Assembly: GCA_013239625.1 (NCBI GenBank)
Contig: MU054187.1
Location: 2,489,757 to 2,553,756, forward strand
Reading direction: 5' to 3'
DNA length: 64,000 nt
Origin: Lama guanicoe
Lineage: Eukaryota
Below the pieces are notes generated by a model. The model was not told the DNA's origin. It searched no databases and worked only from the letters and a program-made list of their open reading frames with translations. A program made the position numbers and the translations under genes. Shown here piece after piece: positions 1 to 13,631 of the stretch. How positions within the stretch are numbered: the first letter of the stretch is position 1; every line of letters starts with the position of its first letter.

Positions 1-348
1 GGGTGGGGGCGGTCAGTATAGACATGGTTGTGGGAAGAGTGTGCGGGCAGTTAAGCACACACCTCAGCAGAAGGTGCTGCTAGTCACAAGCAGCAGGTGT
101 CTAGTTACCGGTTTCAGCTCTTTTCTAAGTACGGGAAGATGCAAGAGTTTGGGTTCATAAAATGTTTCTCCTGAAAGTGTCTAACTATCTGAAGTCCTGT
201 TCTGACAGTTTTCCCAGAGCACAGAGTGCGTCATTCCAGCTCTCCACCCCAAACTCGTTTCAGGGTGTTTGAAGGTCGGTTGGCGACTGCAGTGGCTAGT
301 GATTTCATTCTTGTAGAATCAGATGGCAAACAAGGTTTTAATTGTCAC
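1..348 (-). mobile_element. ERV LTR-like fragment, truncated by the window edge
   Basis: Resembles recalled artiodactyl ERV1 LTRs. Ends in ...aattgtcaca (TG start on the minus strand). Confidence 0.45.
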
Positions 349-383
349 AATTCAGTGGAGAAATGTAAAAGGTATACACAGTC

Positions 384-820
384 TGTTAAAAGAGACACAA
401 CAGGCCACGAATGGAGGCCCTTGTGCTCAGCCCACATCGTCACCAAACTGCAACTCACTACCGAACCTTATTCCCCCTTCAATCTCTGCCAGGAATATAA
501 TCTTACAGTCAGTCTGGAATTTCCTGGTCAGCACTAGTGAGGTCATCAGCCTGCGACCCCTTCCATCCCCAAAGAAAAATGAGGTAATCTGCTCTTTCCT
601 TATTCCCACCCTCTCTCTGCCTTTAAGTCTTCCACTCGTACAGCTCCTCAGAGCTCCTTTCTCCTTGTTGAGTGGGATGCCAACTGAGTTATGAATTACT
701 GAATAAAGCAAGTTAGATTTAAAAAAATTTTTTTGAATTTAAATTTAATTTCTTATTGAAGCATAGTTGATTTACCAATTACATTTTTTAATTCACTCCG
801 TTGAATTTTGTTTTTTAACA
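384..820 (+). mobile_element. Solo LTR with a short internal T-rich insert
   Basis: Terminal inverted ends TGTTAAAA...TTTTAACA, with AATAAA near 702. Confidence 0.55.
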
Positions 821-1770
821 ATCCTTGTGGAGCCCAGTGTAAGATCAGGAAGGAAGCTAGTGAACAAAGATCCTTTAAAAACCCACTTTAATTCACATAA
901 CTAGAATGCTGAAGGTAGGTGGTCTTATTTGTACCTTTTTTTTTCCCACCATTCTTGTCCTGAATGTGAGTGCTGAGAATTTTGTGGACTCTCAACAATG
1001 TTAAATTAATGCTGAATTATGAAAATCAGAGTAATGTGACTCACGTTTCACATACAAGTGTACATTTGTGTCAGGTTTTTAAGTATTTGGTTGTGCTGTT
1101 AATAGAAAAAAAACTATCTTTAGCTCTTACTGTGAACACACACTTTCCAAATCACTAGCATGTGGATTTTTCTAGGCTGTACCATGCAGAGTTCTACCAC
1201 TGGGGTTCCGTCCTCTTTTAGCAAGGAGGACAGCTCCTCTGGTGTATCTCAGTCACCCTCTCCTCCCTCCTAATCTAAATGCTACCTTTCCTGCAAGGTT
1301 CATGCAAGCCCTACATCCTCTAAGGAACCTTAGTGTTCTAATTAATTGATCTCTCTCTTCCCTGGGCGAGGGAATAAAATAATCATAATAATTGAAAAAA
1401 AGACAAAATTATCATTATTTTTAGATGATGATGGTACAAAGGAAAAATTTAACAAAAGCAATTTTAAAATTACTAACCAAAAATTCAGCAATATAGCCAA
1501 TCACACAATTTGTAAATAAATATACAAAAATGAATGGTTTTTCTAGCTACAGATAATAGCTGGTTAGAATATCTGATGGAAGAAAAAATATTCACAATTA
1601 AAGTTTTAAAATATATATCTAGGCAAAACTTAACAAGAATGTACCAGACCTATATCAGGAAAAGTATAAAGCTCCCAAGGACCAGAAAAGACAAATAATT
1701 GAATAGGATGATGCAATTTTTTAAGGTTATCAATTTGCTCAGAATCAATCTACCAATACTCCCAATTAAG

Positions 1771-1912
1771 GAGGGGAGAGCATAGCTCAGTGGTAGAGCG
1801 CATGCTTAGCATGCACCAAGTCCTGGGTTCAATCCCAAGTTCCTCTGTTAAAAAACAAAAATTAAATAAATAAACCTAATTAGCTTCACCCCCCCCAAAA
1901 TAAAAAATAAAT
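1771..1912 (+). mobile_element. tRNA-derived SINE (Vic-1-like)
   Basis: A box TAGCTCAGTGG, B box GGTTCAATCCC and tail ataaataaacctaatta. TSD atactcccaattaa (1756) / atactctcaattaa (1913). Confidence 0.9.
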
Positions 1913-2105
1913 ATACTCTCAATTAAAAGCCCAGTAACTTACACTTTAATAAAAATTATTTTTAATATCCCAATAAGATTTTAAAATTTTATCAAATAGT
2001 TGTAAAATTCATTAACATGGGAGAATAAATATGGAAGAGTATCCTGGAATATTAAAAAGGAAACAGAGTAATTGGAGGTACCACCCCTACCAAATGGATG
2101 ACATT

Positions 2106-2610
2106 GAAGGGGATCAGCATACACTACCCCGCATATGCCATTTGGCATATGGATTAAGGACACTGAGACTCAGTAGATGCAGAAAGACACCTTCTCGAAG
2201 CTTCCCTGATTTAACTAAGGGCAGGAACTTCTGAGAAATGAAGACTGCCAGGAATCCTTTCTCCAGGAGTACTTTTATGGCCACAAAGAAGACACAAGGT
2301 CAGTATCAAGATAGTCCTGCACAAACTTTGCAAAATAAACTTTATCTTCCGTGAGTTTCCCCGTATGTTTACCTTCCCACAATTTACCACCCCTAGAAGT
2401 ATGAAACTCTTTCCCTTTGTCCTGTCAGTGCTCCACACATTTATTTCACTTTGTTAACATGGAACACAGGACTCTATGTCTGTCTGTATCTTTGGGGTTT
2501 TCATGTCATTTCTGTGAGCCACCCCACCCACTCCCAACTGTAGTATGCATATGAAATAAACCTTTTTCTCCTGTTCATCTGTCTTTTGTCAGTTCAGTCT
2601 GTAGGTCCAG
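2106..2610 (+). mobile_element. ERV1 LTR (MER34-like)
   Basis: Starts TGAAGGGGATCAGCATACACTACCCC...TTTGGCATATGGATTA, like the recalled MER34 5' end. AATAAA near 2555. Confidence 0.6.
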
Positions 2611-2614
2611 CTCA

Positions 2615-4040
2615 TTTTTAATGTTGTTCAAATCTTCTATAATCTTATCAACCTTCTGCCTATATTACTGTATCAACTATTGAATGAGGGGAATTAAAAT
2701 CCCCAACTATTATTGCTGAATTATCTGTTTTTTCTTTTTATTCTGTCAGTTTTTGCCTCCTGTTGCAATTTTCTCCTAAAATCTATTTTGTCTGATATTA
2801 GCATAGCTGCTCGCGCTCTCTTATTGCTGTTTGTGTATCTTTGTCCATTATTTTACTTTGACAGCTTTATGGAGACATAATTTACAAATCACTCAACTCA
2901 TCCATTAAGGCGTGCAGTTCAGTGATTTTTGGTACATTTCCTTATTGACTTTTAAAATTGTAGTAAGATACATTTAACATAAAGTTTGCCATTTTAGCCA
3001 TCTTTGTAAGTGTACAGTTCAGTAGTATTAATTGCATTCAAAATGTTGTGGAATCTTACCACTATTTCCAAAACTTTTTCATCACTCCAACCAGAAACTC
3101 TGTAATTATTAAGCAACAACTTTCCATTCCACCCTCTCCCTGACCCCTGTCATGTATAATCTACTTTCTGTCTCTATGAGTTTGCTTATTCTAGATATTT
3201 CATAGAAGTGGATTCATACACTATTTGTCCTTTTGTATCTCACTTATTTAACTTAAAATACTGTTTTCAAGGTTCGTCCACGGTGTGGCAAGTGTCAGAT
3301 CTTCACCTCCTTCTATGACTGAATAATATGCCTTTGCATGTATACACTACATTCTGTTTATCCACTCATTCATTGATGGACAGTTGCGTTGTTTCCACCT
3401 TTTGGTTTTTGTGAATAATGCTGCAGTGAACATTGGTATACAAATATGTGTCCGAGTCCCTGTTTTCAATTCCTCTGATATATACCTTGAGCTTTCAGCA
3501 TTTGACCATGATGTGTCTGAGTGTAGAACTTATTTCAGTCTCTAAGGGTTTATTAAGCTTCTTGGGTAGGTAATGTTTTTCGTATTATTTGGGACGTTTT
3601 CAGCCACTATATAGTCAACATTTTTCTGCTCTTCTCCCTCCTTTCCTTCTTTTACTTCCATTGCACACATGCTGGTGTGCCCAATGGTGTCCCACAGTTC
3701 TCTAAGGCTCTGCTCATTTTTCTTCACTTTTGTTCCTCTCTCCTCAGATTGCATAATCTCTGTTTAAGTTAGTTCTCTGGTTCTGCCATCTTGCAGTTCA
3801 CACCAACTGTTGGGGCCCTCTAGTGAATGATTGGTCAGTTCATCTTTGATGTTCCCCCCAGAACAGTCTTTCTCATTTTTTGCAATATAAATAGGATGGG
3901 AAATTGCCAAATCTTCAGTTTCAGTTCCTTTTCTAACATGTACCTCAAAACTCTTCCAGCCTCTACTCATCAGCCAGTTGTAAGGCCACCTTCACAACTT
4001 TAGATGTTTGTCAGAGCAGTGCCCTGATTCCTGGTACCAG
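2615..4040 (-). mobile_element. Old L1 fragments
   Basis: Antisense L1 3'-end motifs (ccactcattcattgatggaca, gtgaataatgctgcagtgaacat). An ORF1-like relic (KKNEQSLRELWDTI) lies on the minus strand at 3542-3754. Confidence 0.75.
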
Positions 4041-4043
4041 TCT

Positions 4044-4430
4044 CTGTCTGTTTGCTGGGATTGTCATTGACAAGGTACCACAGTCTGGGTGGATGAAATA
4101 AACAGGCATTTTTTTCACAGCTCCGGAGGTGAGATGTCCAAGGTCAGGGTGTTGCCCAGGTTGGTTTCTTCTGAGGCCTCTCTCCTCGACTTGCAGGTGA
4201 TTGTCTTCTCCCCGTGTCTTCACAACGTCTTCCCACTGTACAAGTCTTGTCCAGATTTCCTCTTCTTGTGAGGATACCGGTCATCTTGGATTAAGGCCCA
4301 TCCTAAAGGCCTCATCCTAACTTAATTACCTCATTAAAGACCCTTTCTCCAAATACAATCACATTATGAGGTGCTGGAAGTTAGGACTTCAACACAGGAG
4401 TTTTGCAGGGACCCAGTTCCGCACATAACA
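4044..4430 (-). mobile_element. MaLR LTR (MLT1-like)
   Basis: Typical MLT1 text (gttggtttcttctgaggcctctctcc, ctccaaatacaatcacattatgagg, ttaggacttcaaca), ending ataaca. Confidence 0.8.
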
Positions 4431-4684
4431 CCCTTCTTGGCATGAAACCTGCATCCTGTGGGCAAGCTGGTGTGGACTCTCTCACGTGCATCTGCACAGA
4501 AGGAATAAATTTCAACATTTACAGATCAGAGAGTGTAGGAGACAGTAAAAGTGAGAGAGATTAACCAGGATAGAAGGAAACCAGAAATGTGGGCTGTCCA
4601 GAAATCAAACAAAATATTTCAAGGAGGGAGTGGTCAGCTGCCTTGAATATTGCTAAGAACTCATTTTAGAGGATAATTTCTACT

Positions 4685-5460
4685 TCTTAGCTTATTGAGG
4701 CATAATTAATATACAAAAATGCATATATTTAATGTATACACTTTGATGAGTTGGACATATGCTTACACTTGTGATACCATCACCACAACCATGGTAATAA
4801 ACATACTCCTCATCTCCAATTTCTTGTGTCCCCTTGCTTTTGTGTGTGTGTGTGTGGTAAGAACACTTAACATAAGATTTACCATCTTAACAAGGTTTTA
4901 AGTGCACACCACATTGCTAGCCATAGGCACAATGTTGTAATGTTATAGATCTCTAGAATGTATTCACCCTGCACTCTTGAAACTGTATACCCAGACGCCA
5001 ACAGCTCTCCATTTCCCCCACTCCTCTTCCCTAGAAATCGCCAAACTGCTTATTTAAGTCTGACTACTTTAGACGCTTCATATAGGCAGAACCACACAGG
5101 ACCTGTCCTTCTATTCCTGACTTATTTCACTTAGCATAACGTCTTCCAGGTCCACCCATGTTGTCACCAATGGTAGGATTTCCTTAATTTTTAAGTCTGT
5201 ATAGTATTTGACTGTGCACATCCCACATTTTCTTTGTCTGTTGATGCACATTTGGGACGTTTCTACCTCTTAGCTGTTGTGAATCGTGCTGCCGTAAACA
5301 TAGGAGTGCAGATCTCTCTTTAAGATCCTGATTTCAATTCTTTTGAATATATACCCAGGAGTGGGATTGCTGGATTACATGGTAGTTCTGTTTTTAATTT
5401 TTTGAGGAACCTCCATACTGTTTTCCACAGAGGCTGTGCCATTTTACGTTTTTACATTCT
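4685..5460 (-). mobile_element. L1 3' end
   Basis: Antisense L1 ORF2-end/3'UTR motifs (gtgggattgctggattacatggtagttctgtttttaattttttgaggaacctccatactgttttcca). Confidence 0.85.
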
Positions 5461-5870
5461 GATGAGAACATGCAGCATGAGGAGAGACTAGTGATGCGGG
5501 GAAGAGAGGGCATAATGAAAACAGCAAGATTCCTAAACAGGGAGGAGGTGTGGGAGACAGATCACCAGTGGAAAGACTGACCATTAACAGGAGAAAAGCC
5601 ACTTCCTGCTCTTTACCAGGTTTTACAGGATGAATGCTGTTCTAGGAAGGATTGTATATTGAGTAGTGGGATATGAAAGAAATTCCCCATCTCATGCCTT
5701 CTTTTTCTAAAGTAAAAGGGAAAACCATTGGCTGAGAGAGAGACAGAGAGACAGAGAGAGAAAACAAAGTAGTCATCATGGAGAGTGAAAAGTAAGCCTT
5801 CTAGACCACGGGGATAGGATAATCTAATAATGTTTGATGATAGTTAATTTGAGGCTTAAGGATATGAATT

Positions 5871-6021
5871 ATTTTTAAAGACAACTCAATTTTTATTTTA
5901 TTTTCATTTTGTGGTGGGAGGTAGTTAGGTTAATTTATTTCTTTAATGGAGGTACTGGGGATTGAATCCAGGACCTCAGGCACGCTAGGCAGGCACTCTA
6001 CCACTGAGCTATACCCTCCCC
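5871..6021 (-). mobile_element. tRNA-derived SINE (Vic-1-like)
   Basis: Reverse complement of the same SINE (ggaggtactggggattgaatccaggacc...ctctaccactgagctataccctcccc). Confidence 0.9.
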
Positions 6022-8779
6022 CTTAAGATCGTGAATTTAAAGAAAGCCTATCAACCTGGAAGCCAGTTCTTTGTGGCCAGGAAAGAGGAAAATACTGAAA
6101 ATTGCTCTAAAGAGAGGAGGTTTAGTAATTGTCGCAGCTTCTTATTTACATATATGATCATTTAAAGTGTATAGGTGTATTGTAATCCATGACAGCGTTA
6201 AAGAAAATAGATAGCTTACAGAAGTTGGAAAGAAGTGAGGCAAAGAAGTGAGAAGTGAGGCTTGTCAGCATCCTTAAGTAGGCTGAGGAGCTCATGTACT
6301 TTTCTGAAACTTGAAAATTTCAAGTTCTTGTATTACTGAAATCATATGGGTTACCATGAGAGAAAAGGAAAGACCAGGAGGAAATAGTTTAAATTATCTA
6401 AATCTTCCTCTATCATAAGACAAGTGAGTATACAAAGTCAAAAATTGATAAAACAATCAGTGATAGGGGCATTTTAACTTGTAAATGTGGAGACAATCAC
6501 CAGGGGAAATGAAAACAGGAAGTTAAATGTGATAGCCTGTGAAGAACTCCTGCTTTTCATTACGGGCCCTTTCGTATGATTTGATTTTTTTTTTCATCAC
6601 AAATGTATGCATTACATACTTTAATAAAATCAAAACAAAAACTGTCTGGGTGTGAATGAAGACCCGAGCCAGGGCCCACCTTTGATAGAACTAGGTCGTT
6701 TTTATGAAGGTGATGTTTATTTTTAGCCCTTTCCATACTGTCTTAGCTCTCTTGATATTTTGTTTTCTCCCAATAGCAAAGGGGTTCACTGCTCTCCTGC
6801 CCCTGGCTTCCTCCAGCTCCACTAAAGAAAGTCACCTCTCCAGTTGTTTTCTACTTCTCAGCTCTGCTTATCACAAAATCAGCCTATTCTTGGTCCCATT
6901 CTCAAAATGACTTCTTGACTCATGGTGAAACTCAGGAATAATCGAATCACTGAAATTCCTTTCCTCCTCTTGTTCCCATCTCTGCCCAAATATTATTTTA
7001 TGTGTGATCTCACTTAGGGAGGTGAGATAGACTTTTATATATATGCTTTTGTTTTGTTGGTTTTTGATCTTAGAAACAGAAAGGTGAGTCAACTAGGCTT
7101 TTCATAGTGTGTTACCATTACCATTCACACAAAGTACCTCGTGTGATTTTATCCCCTTTATTTCCATCCCCCACTTCCATTCTCCAACATCCTCAAGAAT
7201 TTTTATTTTAATAAGCTCAAAGGAATCAATCTGTATTGACAGACTGTCAAGGCACTGGGATCGGTGGGGGGAGATCATTTGGGATTGTACGAGAAAGAGG
7301 CCTTTCCCAAGGGACCAGGTTATACTATTTTATAGGGTTCATTTCATTCTTTTACATGAATCAGTGGTCATTATTCACCAGGGCTGGAATCAGGATGGAT
7401 CTGAAATAGCTGCTGAGATGTTTTCTTATTATTTCTTATCATTACTTATTATTTTCTTGTTGTTTAAAGTCTCCTTAATGTGATTTAAACAGGGACTAGC
7501 ACAACACCCCAAGCATGTGGGTCCTTAATAAATATTTTCCTGCGATGATAACAATGATGTGGGTGGGACGTCCACAGGCATAAGGATGGATGATTTACCA
7601 CACACCCTTAATTTACATTCTTACAGCACAGACGAGACTCAGCAAGTTACTTTGACTATTTAATTTGCTTTATCAGCATGTTGCATACAGGATAAACAAA
7701 TCTGTAGCTGACAATTAACTACAATTACTATTTCCACTGTAATTAACTGGTGTCCACCATTACATAACCTACACAACACAAGGCATCTACTTCCCAGAAG
7801 TGCAGCACACTGTTTTGTATTTCTTGTATCTCATTTATTCAACAAATTTTTTTTCGATGATAAAAAAACACTGGCATTAACACACATCAGAAGCTCATTA
7901 CTTAATGCAAACAATGATTTTCTAGATGGGGGGAACTGTGGATCTTTCTATACATTAGGGCACATTTTGCAACGTATTTCCCAATTTTCTTCCCAGAAGT
8001 ATGAAATTTCTAAAGAAAAAATGATGAAATATATTGAATTGAAAAATCTTAAAGGCAGAAACTAGCTAGCTTGTTTTTTCCCACTGTATTTTCTTCTGTA
8101 CTTTTAAATAGTCTGGATTTTATCTTCATATTGTTTTATAGAACTCATACATCTGTATCTTTCTTATATTTGTGCCATTAGGTCTAAAAGAGGCCTATTT
8201 TTTTTAACCTTTTAAAAAAATACTCATTTTTGCAAAGTCTCTACTAGATTCAAACAACCTGGAAGCAAGATCCTGTTTGACTTCATCCAAGTATATTTTT
8301 CAGTTAAGTTCAGTGTCTTGTTCACAAATATTGCTTTTAAAAAGGAATAAACGCCAACTTTTTCTTTCTGTAGTTTTTAATATTTGATTTTAAATAACTT
8401 CAAAAAAGGTTAAGCATAGACGTAGCTGCCCTCCAAAAATTTCTCACTTTCACGACTTGTGATCCCTAGTCGGAACCAGCAGGAACAAGCCTGCTGCAAG
8501 GCTGTGAAATATAGGAAAGAACAATAAGAGAAAGAAAAAGGAAGGAGTACGCGCTATATTACACTCACTTAAGACAAAAGTAGGGAAGCTGATTTTTTTG
8601 AGTGAAAATAACGTGACATATTTTGTGATGCAGATATTCAATTGTATGTTATTAAACAATCCTACTTATGTAATATGAAGCAAAGCCTGACCCCTGGCTC
8701 TGCGGCTTGCTGAGACCTTGGTCAAGGCACCGACGCTGCCAAGTCTGTGAAACGTAAAAAACATCTACGAGGGTAGATG

Positions 8780-9600
8780 TTTTTAGCCGACGAACCGAAA
8801 GAGGCTGACTCGGCACGCCTGTGACTCTCGCCGACGTCTCCCCCGTGAGCGGGCGCAGCTAGGGTCTCCGGGACTCGGGCGGGCTGCAGTTTGAACCTTA
8901 TTCACAGGCTGCCCCCGTCGGGCAGGTTGACAGCTGGGCCCCGGGCACTACTGTCCTGTCTCAGGGGGTGAAAGCAGCCAAGCTCAAGCCGGCACCGCAG
9001 GGCCCAGGGCGCGCCCAGAGGACAGGCGGAGAGACCCAACCGGCCGGCCGGCCACGAGGGCTCCACATTCTCCAACGCGCAGCGTCTTCAGCGCCTGCTC
9101 TGTGCGGCGGCAGAGAACGTCGTACGTTCAGCGCCGACGTCAAGGAGCGCCGTCCCAGAACACGATCTCATCCCCAGGAAGCTGAAAACAAGGCCGTAGC
9201 AGCCCCCAGAGGTCAACAGACCACCCCCTCGGCCGCCATGGCGGAGCCCGGCTTCCGGCGCGCCCCGCGGCTGGCCGTACCGCGAGCCCTGCAGCACGAC
9301 GGGGGCGGGGCCGCGGCCGTAAAGCAGCGCCCGGAAGCACTTGGGTCTGAGCGACCCCGCGCCCTTGCAGGTTGTCGGGCGCCCGGGTCATGGCCGGCCC
9401 GGTGCGGGGCGGTGGGGTCCGGGCCCTGGGCCTGCTACGGGCCCTGCCCCGTGTGAGCCTGGCCAACCTGCAGCCGAACCCGGGCTCCAGGAAACCGGTA
9501 AGTGGCTGGGGGCGGTGCGGGGTCGCGGGTCCGGAGGCACTGGGGGAACGCGGGGTCCTTAACTGACGCGGGAGAACCTGCCCACGCGGTTCCAATTGGC
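8780..9600 (+). promoter_or_regulatory. CpG-island, TATA-less promoter of MRPL15
   Basis: Dense CpG around exon 1. GC box GGGGCGGGGC at 9302-9311, ETS/GABP-type CCGGAAGC at 9331-9338, and YY1-like CCGCCATGGCGG at 9233-9244. Confidence 0.85.
9390..9497 (+). CDS. MRPL15: MRPL15 coding exon 1 (aa 1-36)
   Basis: ATG at 9390 in GGGTCATGG. Translates [36 protein letters not shown], matching the recalled mammalian MRPL15 N-terminus. Donor CCG|GTAAGT at 9498; 108 nt. Confidence 0.97.
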
Positions 9601-9820
9601 AGTAAGGTTCCTGTTTAGGAGCATAATTACGTTAACTAGGCCGGAGACCGAAGCTGCAGGAATTACCAATGACTGTGTCTTTCAAAAGGAAGTCTTTTCC
9701 CAGTGTATCTTAACCTTTGTGGGAAAGATTGATTACGTTAGGTGTCTGTTCTGCCAGTCACCAAACACGGCTAGAAAAGGTGTCAGTGGACAGACTGTCG
9801 TTTTAAAAATAAACCCGTTG

Positions 9821-9938
9821 TAGGGAGGATATAGCTCAGTGGTAGAGTTCACGCTTAGCATGCATGAGGTCCTGGGTTCAATCCCCAGAACCTCCATTAA
9901 AAATAAATAAATAAGCCTAATTAGCCCCCAATAAATAA
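9821..9938 (+). mobile_element. tRNA-derived SINE (Vic-1-like) in MRPL15 intron 1
   Basis: A box at 9832-9842, B box at 9874-9885, AATAAAT tail. Confidence 0.9.
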
Positions 9939-10407
9939 TTCACTGCTTTCATGAAATGACAGGAAGTAAATTAGGAAAGGTATTTTCTTTATAAATTCAC
10001 ATTTGAATAAAATACTGTATGTGGGTAACAATGGCGTAGTTACAATTAAGTCCAAAATAAATACGCTTGATCTCATGTAAACTTGGCTTGTTCTGGATGT
10101 TTAATTCCAGGATTTGTGTCACTTTCAGCCTACCAAAGAATCCTTTTTCTCATCTCGTCCTTGGAATTTTGCCTTTGAAACACATCCTGGGCTTTGGTTG
10201 CAAGAATTAGCTCCATCTTAAAGGGAAAAGTTGCAAATGTAGAGTGGACTTTTTAGAGCAGCAAGAATGGTGCCCTGCATGCAGTGGTGTTAGCTGGTAC
10301 TGGTCGATTGGGTTGAATGAAGGGCCTAACGAAAAGAAACAGATCAAAGGTGAAATACAGTTTAAAAAGATGCGTCTGTAGCTCATAAAACATTTCTTTC
10401 CTTGTAG

Positions 10408-10563
<156 letters not shown>

Positions 10564-11115
10564 TAAGTTCGTTTTGCTTTTTTTTTTTCGCTTTGCTTCT
10601 TAGCATAAAAATCCCTACTTTTTACTGAGAATCACCTTCAAATAGCTTGGTAGAAATTTAAATCCACTTTGAAGCAAACGTTGCTACTGTTTCTCTGAAA
10701 CATTTTCAGTAATGAAATTTAGCATGGATTAGTAGGAGAAAAAGCCAGACGTTGCACTCAGACCTGCAAGGTGGAGCCGACAGTGCCGGCTCTCAGGGTT
10801 GTCTAGAGCAGTAATATATATATATAAAAGCCTGGCCCGTGTAGTTGCCCAATAAAACGTAATTACCATTACTTTGAGTTTCATTTATAATGTAATTCAG
10901 ATAGTGGGTTAAATTTTCCACATATTTATTTGTGTAAATGAGTGAAATAAATGCTTCCAGAGGCAAATACTGGTTTTTTTTCATTGTCAAAAATCAAGGA
11001 ATATTACATGTTTATGCTGTCCTCAGGATCTTTTTTAAGCCATCTAAATTGATAGAGGAAAACACAGGACAGAGCTTTGAGTTAATTTGAAGATCCTACA
11101 GGAAGCTAAGCCTGA

Positions 11116-11361
<246 letters not shown>

Positions 11362-11959
11362 TAATCAACACTCTGCCTCCTTTGTTTTTATCCCCTTTGA
11401 TTTGTCGTGACCGTCATGTAGTGGCGACTGTTACACTGGGTTGTGGTTTTGGAAAGCCGCACGCTGTCTTGGGGGCCGGGGTCGGGGGGCTCTGTTCCCA
11501 TGTGTCTGTTCCGCTTGCTCCCTCGCTCTCCCTTTGGTTCTCTGTTTGAACGTCATCCTACTAGGAAGATCTTTTTGACGTTCTTTATAAAGGAGCACTC
11601 TCACCCGCATAACCCAACTGCCTTACTTTGGCAAAGGCTTCTTTGAATGTATGAACACCTGACGTTCATTACCAGGTAATGCATTTGAGTGTCATTGTCT
11701 TCCTCAATGTAATGTCAGTTCTTTGAGAGCAAGTGCTTTGATTCATTGCTGTATTTTCAATATTGGAAATATTAGCTCATGATAGTCACTCAGTAATTAT
11801 GGAAGAAAGGAATAAATCAAATCTAGTTCTCATTGTAGTGAAAAGGTTTTCTATTTATAGAAATTGGCCAGGAGTTTCATAAGCAAATAAAAGTGCATTG
11901 TTAATCAGCACCTGTTTCTTGTATGTCAGTAATACAGTAAAGCTGTGTAAGTGACTGCA

Positions 11960-11978
11960 TGTCCACCAGAGGGCAGCA
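11960..11978 (+). promoter_or_regulatory. CTCF motif in MRPL15 intron 3
   Basis: TGTCCACCAGAGGGCAGCA matches the CTCF core CCASYAGRKGGCRS at every position. Confidence 0.7.
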
Positions 11979-13004
11979 TATGTTTCCGGGAAGACCATTT
12001 AGATTCCTTTGAAAAAGTAAATACGGCTAAAAGCTTTCTGAATAAAATGATTTGAAGGGAGAATACCAAATACACGAATAAGCCTCAGTGCTCTGCTTTG
12101 GGTGTATAAGGAATACACATGTAGATCAACATGTGGAAAAGCCCACGACCTCCCCAGGCATCAAACTGCACATCCAGCGGCTTTGGGGCTTTTGTGTCTT
12201 AAACCGGCAGAAGTCATTCTGCCGTCTGCCCCAGGGCAGTGGTTGAGTGCAGTCACACATCACCTACAGCCCTGTAAACTGGGTAAACTTTTCTGGATTT
12301 CAGATTTGCGGTAAATCATGGGTAGTGACTGTTTTGTCTTTCAGTGCAAAATTACCAATTTGGAATATATGTTCTCAAGGAAGAACAAAATGAAAGAAAC
12401 CTAATTAAAGAAATTGTAAATATGCTTCTTAGCGTACTGGAAGTACTGGAACCAACCCCGGTGCCCAAGGGGAGGGAAACGGTTAAGTCTTCTATGGAGC
12501 AGTAATTAGAAATCTCAAATGCTACGGCAAGACCTTGTTTTATTGATCAAAGGTGCCACTGACTGTGAAAATGCCCACCAGTGTCACAGGCGGGGAACGT
12601 GAGAGAATGTGTCTTGGAACTGATGGCATGTTTTGAAGTTGGAAGCCAGCTTGCTTCAGGCACACCAAAGTAGCAGAAGATTTGTATCACTGCAAAAAGA
12701 ACGGTGACCATCTATATTTTTGCCAGACTTTGTTTGAAATTAGAGTAAAATATGACATATCTTAACTCAAGTGACCAAGGACAGGACTTTAAGCAGTTCA
12801 GTGCTACATTTGTATTTCTGCCGTCCTCTCCGCCTCCTTCCCTAGAGGGCCTGACCCTTTGACGCTCAAATGCCGTTGTCAGATGTTTTGTTTCTCGCCG
12901 GTTCTAGCTTGCTGGTCCCCCTCTTTGACCATCTCTTGGCCTCTGGCTTATGCGTGGGTAAGGAAGGTGTGTTTTTGTCTGTATCACACTGCATGCTGTT
13001 GTGG

Positions 13005-13150
13005 CAGGAAGGCAGGCACCAGGAGTAGACTCCCTAGCTCTGTGATCTTGGGCAAGTTGCCTAAACTCTCTGTGCTTCAGTGTCGCCATCTGTGATGTTG
13101 GTGTGGTGATAATTCTGTTGGTTTAGGGTTGTTTGCGGATTAACTAGTCT
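13005..13150 (+). mobile_element. MIR SINE relic
   Basis: MIR core (tgtgatcttgggcaagttgcctaaactctctgtgcttcagtgtcgccatctgt). Confidence 0.7.
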
Positions 13151-13442
13151 CCTGTTAGTGAAGCAGTGGGAAGGAGCGCTTACGCTGGTGTCTGCTGAGA
13201 ACATACAATGGAAGTGTAACCATCCCTGCTCATAGGAAGTGAAGATTGGTAAAACAAGCTGGCCTAAAAAAGGGTGAAAGAATTTGATGTTGTTTGGTGG
13301 GACCTCAAAGCAGAGGTATTTAAAGTAGGAATAGCTGCTACCTTGTGGGCACTTTGGGGAGAAACGGTGTATAAGGCAGCCCGCTCGAACTGACCCCGTT
13401 GTAGGCCAGTGGTCTGCTCACAGTCCTTGTGTTGACGTGTGA

Positions 13443-13631
<189 letters not shown>

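Noticed and set aside
1773..1845. Apparent tRNA-Ala-like genes (also at 9821, 33917 and 40111)
   Set aside because: They have SINE tails, TSDs and degenerate stems and occur as many dispersed copies, so they are SINE heads rather than tRNA genes.
7109..7483. 124-aa ORF with a hydrophobic C-terminus
   Set aside because: Non-ATG start, the hydrophobic tail comes from a T-rich low-complexity tract, and I recognise no homology.
8761..8780. Resemblance of TCTAC-N4-GTAGAT to a Cas12a repeat hairpin
   Set aside because: Single copy in a mammalian promoter with no array; coincidental.
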